Shown in pieces: positions 44,738 through 46,441 of a DNA stretch of 46,441 nucleotides (the first letter of the stretch is position 1; the number at the start of each line of letters is the position of its first letter). The notes beneath the pieces are model-generated. The model searched no databases, had not been told where the DNA came from, and saw nothing but the letters and a program-made list of their open reading frames with translations. Source of the DNA: an uncultured Candidatus Saccharibacteria bacterium (GTDB taxonomy: Bacteria; Patescibacteriota; Minisyncoccia; Phycocordibacterales; UBA1006). Both the position numbers and the translations under genes were made by a program. The DNA lies in NCBI GenBank assembly GCA_964620145.1, contig CAZUGR010000002.1, positions 1 to 46,441 of the forward strand, in the 5' to 3' direction.

Positions 44738-45643
44738 TTAGTACCAGCAAACATCAGCTGTCTCCCCTATTTTTTCCTCTACATATTTTTTTGCATCTAG
44801 ATATCCACCAATCTCATCAATGAGTCCTAGTTCCTTTGCTTTTGATCCAAGAACAGAAGATCCATCAGCAATTGATCTGACCTTTTCTATCGGAATATTT
44901 CTACTGTCTGCAATATCTTGTATAAAGTTTTCGTGAACAATTTTTAAGTCTCTAACTATAAGTGCTTTTTCTTCTTCAGTGAGTGGTTTGTCTGGACTAC
45001 CTGCATCTTTATATTTACCAGCGCTGAGCTGTACATACTTGAGGCCATCCTTTTCATTTTTTTCTACATTTTCTAGATAGGAGATAGTTACATCAATACT
45101 ACCTACGTCTGAATTTTTTGATGCAAATATTTTATCAGCAGTAATTATGGACCAGTAGGCAGCAGATGTTCCGCTTTGACGTATAACAGCGATGACAGGT
45201 TTTGAAATAGCCTTAATTGTATTTGCGATTTCTTCACCGGCAACAGGATATCCACCAGATGAATCAACTTCAAGAATCACTGCCTTGATTGATTCATCGG
45301 AATCAGCTGCAAGTAAGGATGACATGACATCTTCACTGCTCACCACGTCTTTTTCACTCAGCATATCATCGTCGTTTGATTCTGGAATGTATGTATAAAG
45401 ATCACCGTGTAGGTTTATTCCTAGAACGTTACAGCTACTTGTGTCACTTTCATCGGAGCCTGAAGAGGTTGCATCGTACGCAGTTGTATTTCCAGTTATA
45501 GCATCATAGGCATAATGACTTCCGAGACTCAAAATAAAAAAGAGTAGCAAAATACCGACTGTGTAAAATTTAAGTCGGTGCTTGGCAATAAATTCAAGTG
45601 CTTTTTTCTCTGAGTGATGCATGGATATCTTATATCTTATCAC
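44738..45643 (-). CDS. sppA: signal peptide peptidase SppA, 36K type (S49)
   Basis: N-terminal TM helix, SGGYPVAGEEI, Ser in QSGTSAAYW, Lys in SAGKYKDAGSP. Start is GTG 45643 or ATG 45622. Confidence 0.8.
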   Translation of the reverse strand: MIRYKISMHHSEKKALEFIAKHRLKFYTVGILLLFFILSLGSHYAYDAITGNTTAYDATSSGSDESDTSSCNVLGINLHGDLYTYIPESNDDDMLSEKDVVSSEDVMSSLLAADSDESIKAVILEVDSSGGYPVAGEEIANTIKAISKPVIAVIRQSGTSAAYWSIITADKIFASKNSDVGSIDVTISYLENVEKNEKDGLKYVQLSAGKYKDAGSPDKPLTEEEKALIVRDLKIVHENFIQDIADSRNIPIEKVRSIADGSSVLGSKAKELGLIDEIGGYLDAKKYVEEKIGETADVCWY

Positions 45644-45645
45644 TT

Positions 45646-45819
45646 TTACATTTCTTCAGCTATCTCAGCAGCTTCGTCTTCATCAAGACCTTCATCCATG
45701 AGTTCGACTGCAGTGTCGGCGGTGTCTTCATCAAGACCATAATCCTTTATGAATGTTTTCTTTTGCTCATCCATCTCAGGATCAAGATCGTATTCGTTTG
45801 TGTCATTATCGCTAGGCAT
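45646..45819 (-). CDS. highly acidic 57-aa protein
   Basis: MPSDNDTNEYDLDPEMDEQ...DEDTADTAVELMDEGLDEDEAAEIAEEM. ATG 45819 overlaps the upstream gene's TAG (ATGCCTAG). Longer starts up to 45864 are possible. Confidence 0.45.
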   Translation of the reverse strand: MPSDNDTNEYDLDPEMDEQKKTFIKDYGLDEDTADTAVELMDEGLDEDEAAEIAEEM

Positions 45820-46429
45820 ACTTTTCTTCATCTTCACCTTCTTCAAAACGTCGACGTCGTTCATCTAGGGTTTCGTCTTCATATTCCCAGTAAAGCGTTC
45901 CAGCGACGTTATAATCGATCCCTAGGGCCAATTTAGCCGCTTCTGAGAGGCTTCTTACTTCACCTGCATATTCAATTTGAGTATCATTTATTACCTTACA
46001 AGTAACTTCAGGGTTTCTTGTAAAAGTGAGAATACTTCCAACAGGAATTTTTACCATTTCAAAGTTGAATTTTGCACGCATCTTTCTGGCCTTATCAAGT
46101 GCGCGTTGTTCTTCTGGAGAATCAACAAAGTCTTGATGAGGAGTAATGTTTTCTACCTCAGCTAGTTTTAAAGCAGCAACAACTCGTTCTGGTGCAATTT
46201 TGAAAAACTCTCGATTGGGAGCTACTCGATTGTCGCCGAATGCTTCATGGATCAATCTTTCTGCTGCGTGCATATCTCTAACCTTTGCAGCATAGAAAAC
46301 TTCGAATGGGAGTGGTACTCCAGATGCACGAGAAAGATCACGGACACGTTGTTCAAGGTCGGTAGTTTTTCCGATCTTCACATATCCAGGCATCGCTTCG
46401 TTTATTAATATATAAATAATGTTGTCCAT
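45812..46429 (-). CDS. GIY-YIG (T5orf172-type) nuclease-family protein with DUF4357-like C-terminal domain
   Basis: The N-terminus IYILINEAMPGYVKIGKTTDLEQRVRDL fits the GIY...YIG / T5orf172 pattern. The C-terminus SLSEAAKLALGIDYNVAGTLYWEY resembles the S.S.AA..v.G...NG..W pattern. Confidence 0.7.
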   Translation of the reverse strand: MDNIIYILINEAMPGYVKIGKTTDLEQRVRDLSRASGVPLPFEVFYAAKVRDMHAAERLIHEAFGDNRVAPNREFFKIAPERVVAALKLAEVENITPHQDFVDSPEEQRALDKARKMRAKFNFEMVKIPVGSILTFTRNPEVTCKVINDTQIEYAGEVRSLSEAAKLALGIDYNVAGTLYWEYEDETLDERRRRFEEGEDEEKYA

Positions 46430-46441
46430 ATTTGTATTCTA

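Noticed and set aside
1-46441. Alternative genetic code with UGA as a sense codon (code 25/4), as in some CPR lineages; only RF1 is seen in the window
   Set aside because: All long conserved genes are uninterrupted under the standard code. TGA also terminates several ORFs at sensible positions: priA at 5899, the ORF ending at 22825, the ORF ending at 36028 and the HTH ORF at 16471. TGA is rare, but that fits the low GC content.
42900-46441. Higher GC content as evidence that the right-hand end is horizontally acquired
   Set aside because: Spot counts show conserved core genes (mreB, topA) also reach 45-50% GC, while membrane and hypothetical genes are about 28-30%. Local GC content is therefore not a reliable foreign-DNA signal in this window.

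Overview
This is a 46.4-kb low-GC bacterial chromosome segment, very gene-dense, with many shortened housekeeping proteins: dnaX 347 aa, uvrC-like 411 aa, rel 485 aa and a PriA-like protein without ATPase motifs. That pattern fits a reduced-genome, CPR/Patescibacteria-like organism, but this is inference and no marker RNA is present. Most of the window is core machinery. Translation genes are rpmE, prfA-prmC, rpsU, frr, rplI, rpmA, serS, ychF, rsmI, ybeY and dus. Division and envelope genes are ftsA, mreB, an ftsQ-like gene, PBP2, rseP and ctp. Replication and repair genes are priA-like, holB-like, dnaX, topA, dprA, uvrC-like and udg. Also present are rel, an ECF sigma/anti-sigma pair, ndh and three tRNAs (Ala-TGC, Gln-TTG, Arg-TCT, none encoding CCA). 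I saw no rRNA, CRISPR array or transposase. There are two accessory regions. (1) At 14.0-17.5 kb, directly 3' of tRNA-Ala, lies a restriction-modification-like island. It holds a Dam-like methyltransferase, a PD-(D/E)xK nuclease candidate, a 20-bp perfect palindrome, an XRE HTH (C-protein-like), an unknown 100-aa ORF and a circularly permuted DpnA-like methyltransferase with no room for a separate target-recognition domain. This is my best candidate for an undescribed system. (2) At 42.8-46.4 kb lies an intact tyrosine integrase plus a small HTH next to tRNA-Arg, with five iterated ACTCCCACA motifs, followed by a GIY-YIG(T5orf172)-like nuclease translationally coupled to a very acidic small ORF. 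Other notable points are extended -10 promoters that abut start codons (leaderless-type mRNAs), two promoter-to-terminator bracketed non-coding-like units (upstream of serS and of dnaX), and a twice-occurring intergenic palindrome. All homology calls are by-eye motif recognition; no searches were run.
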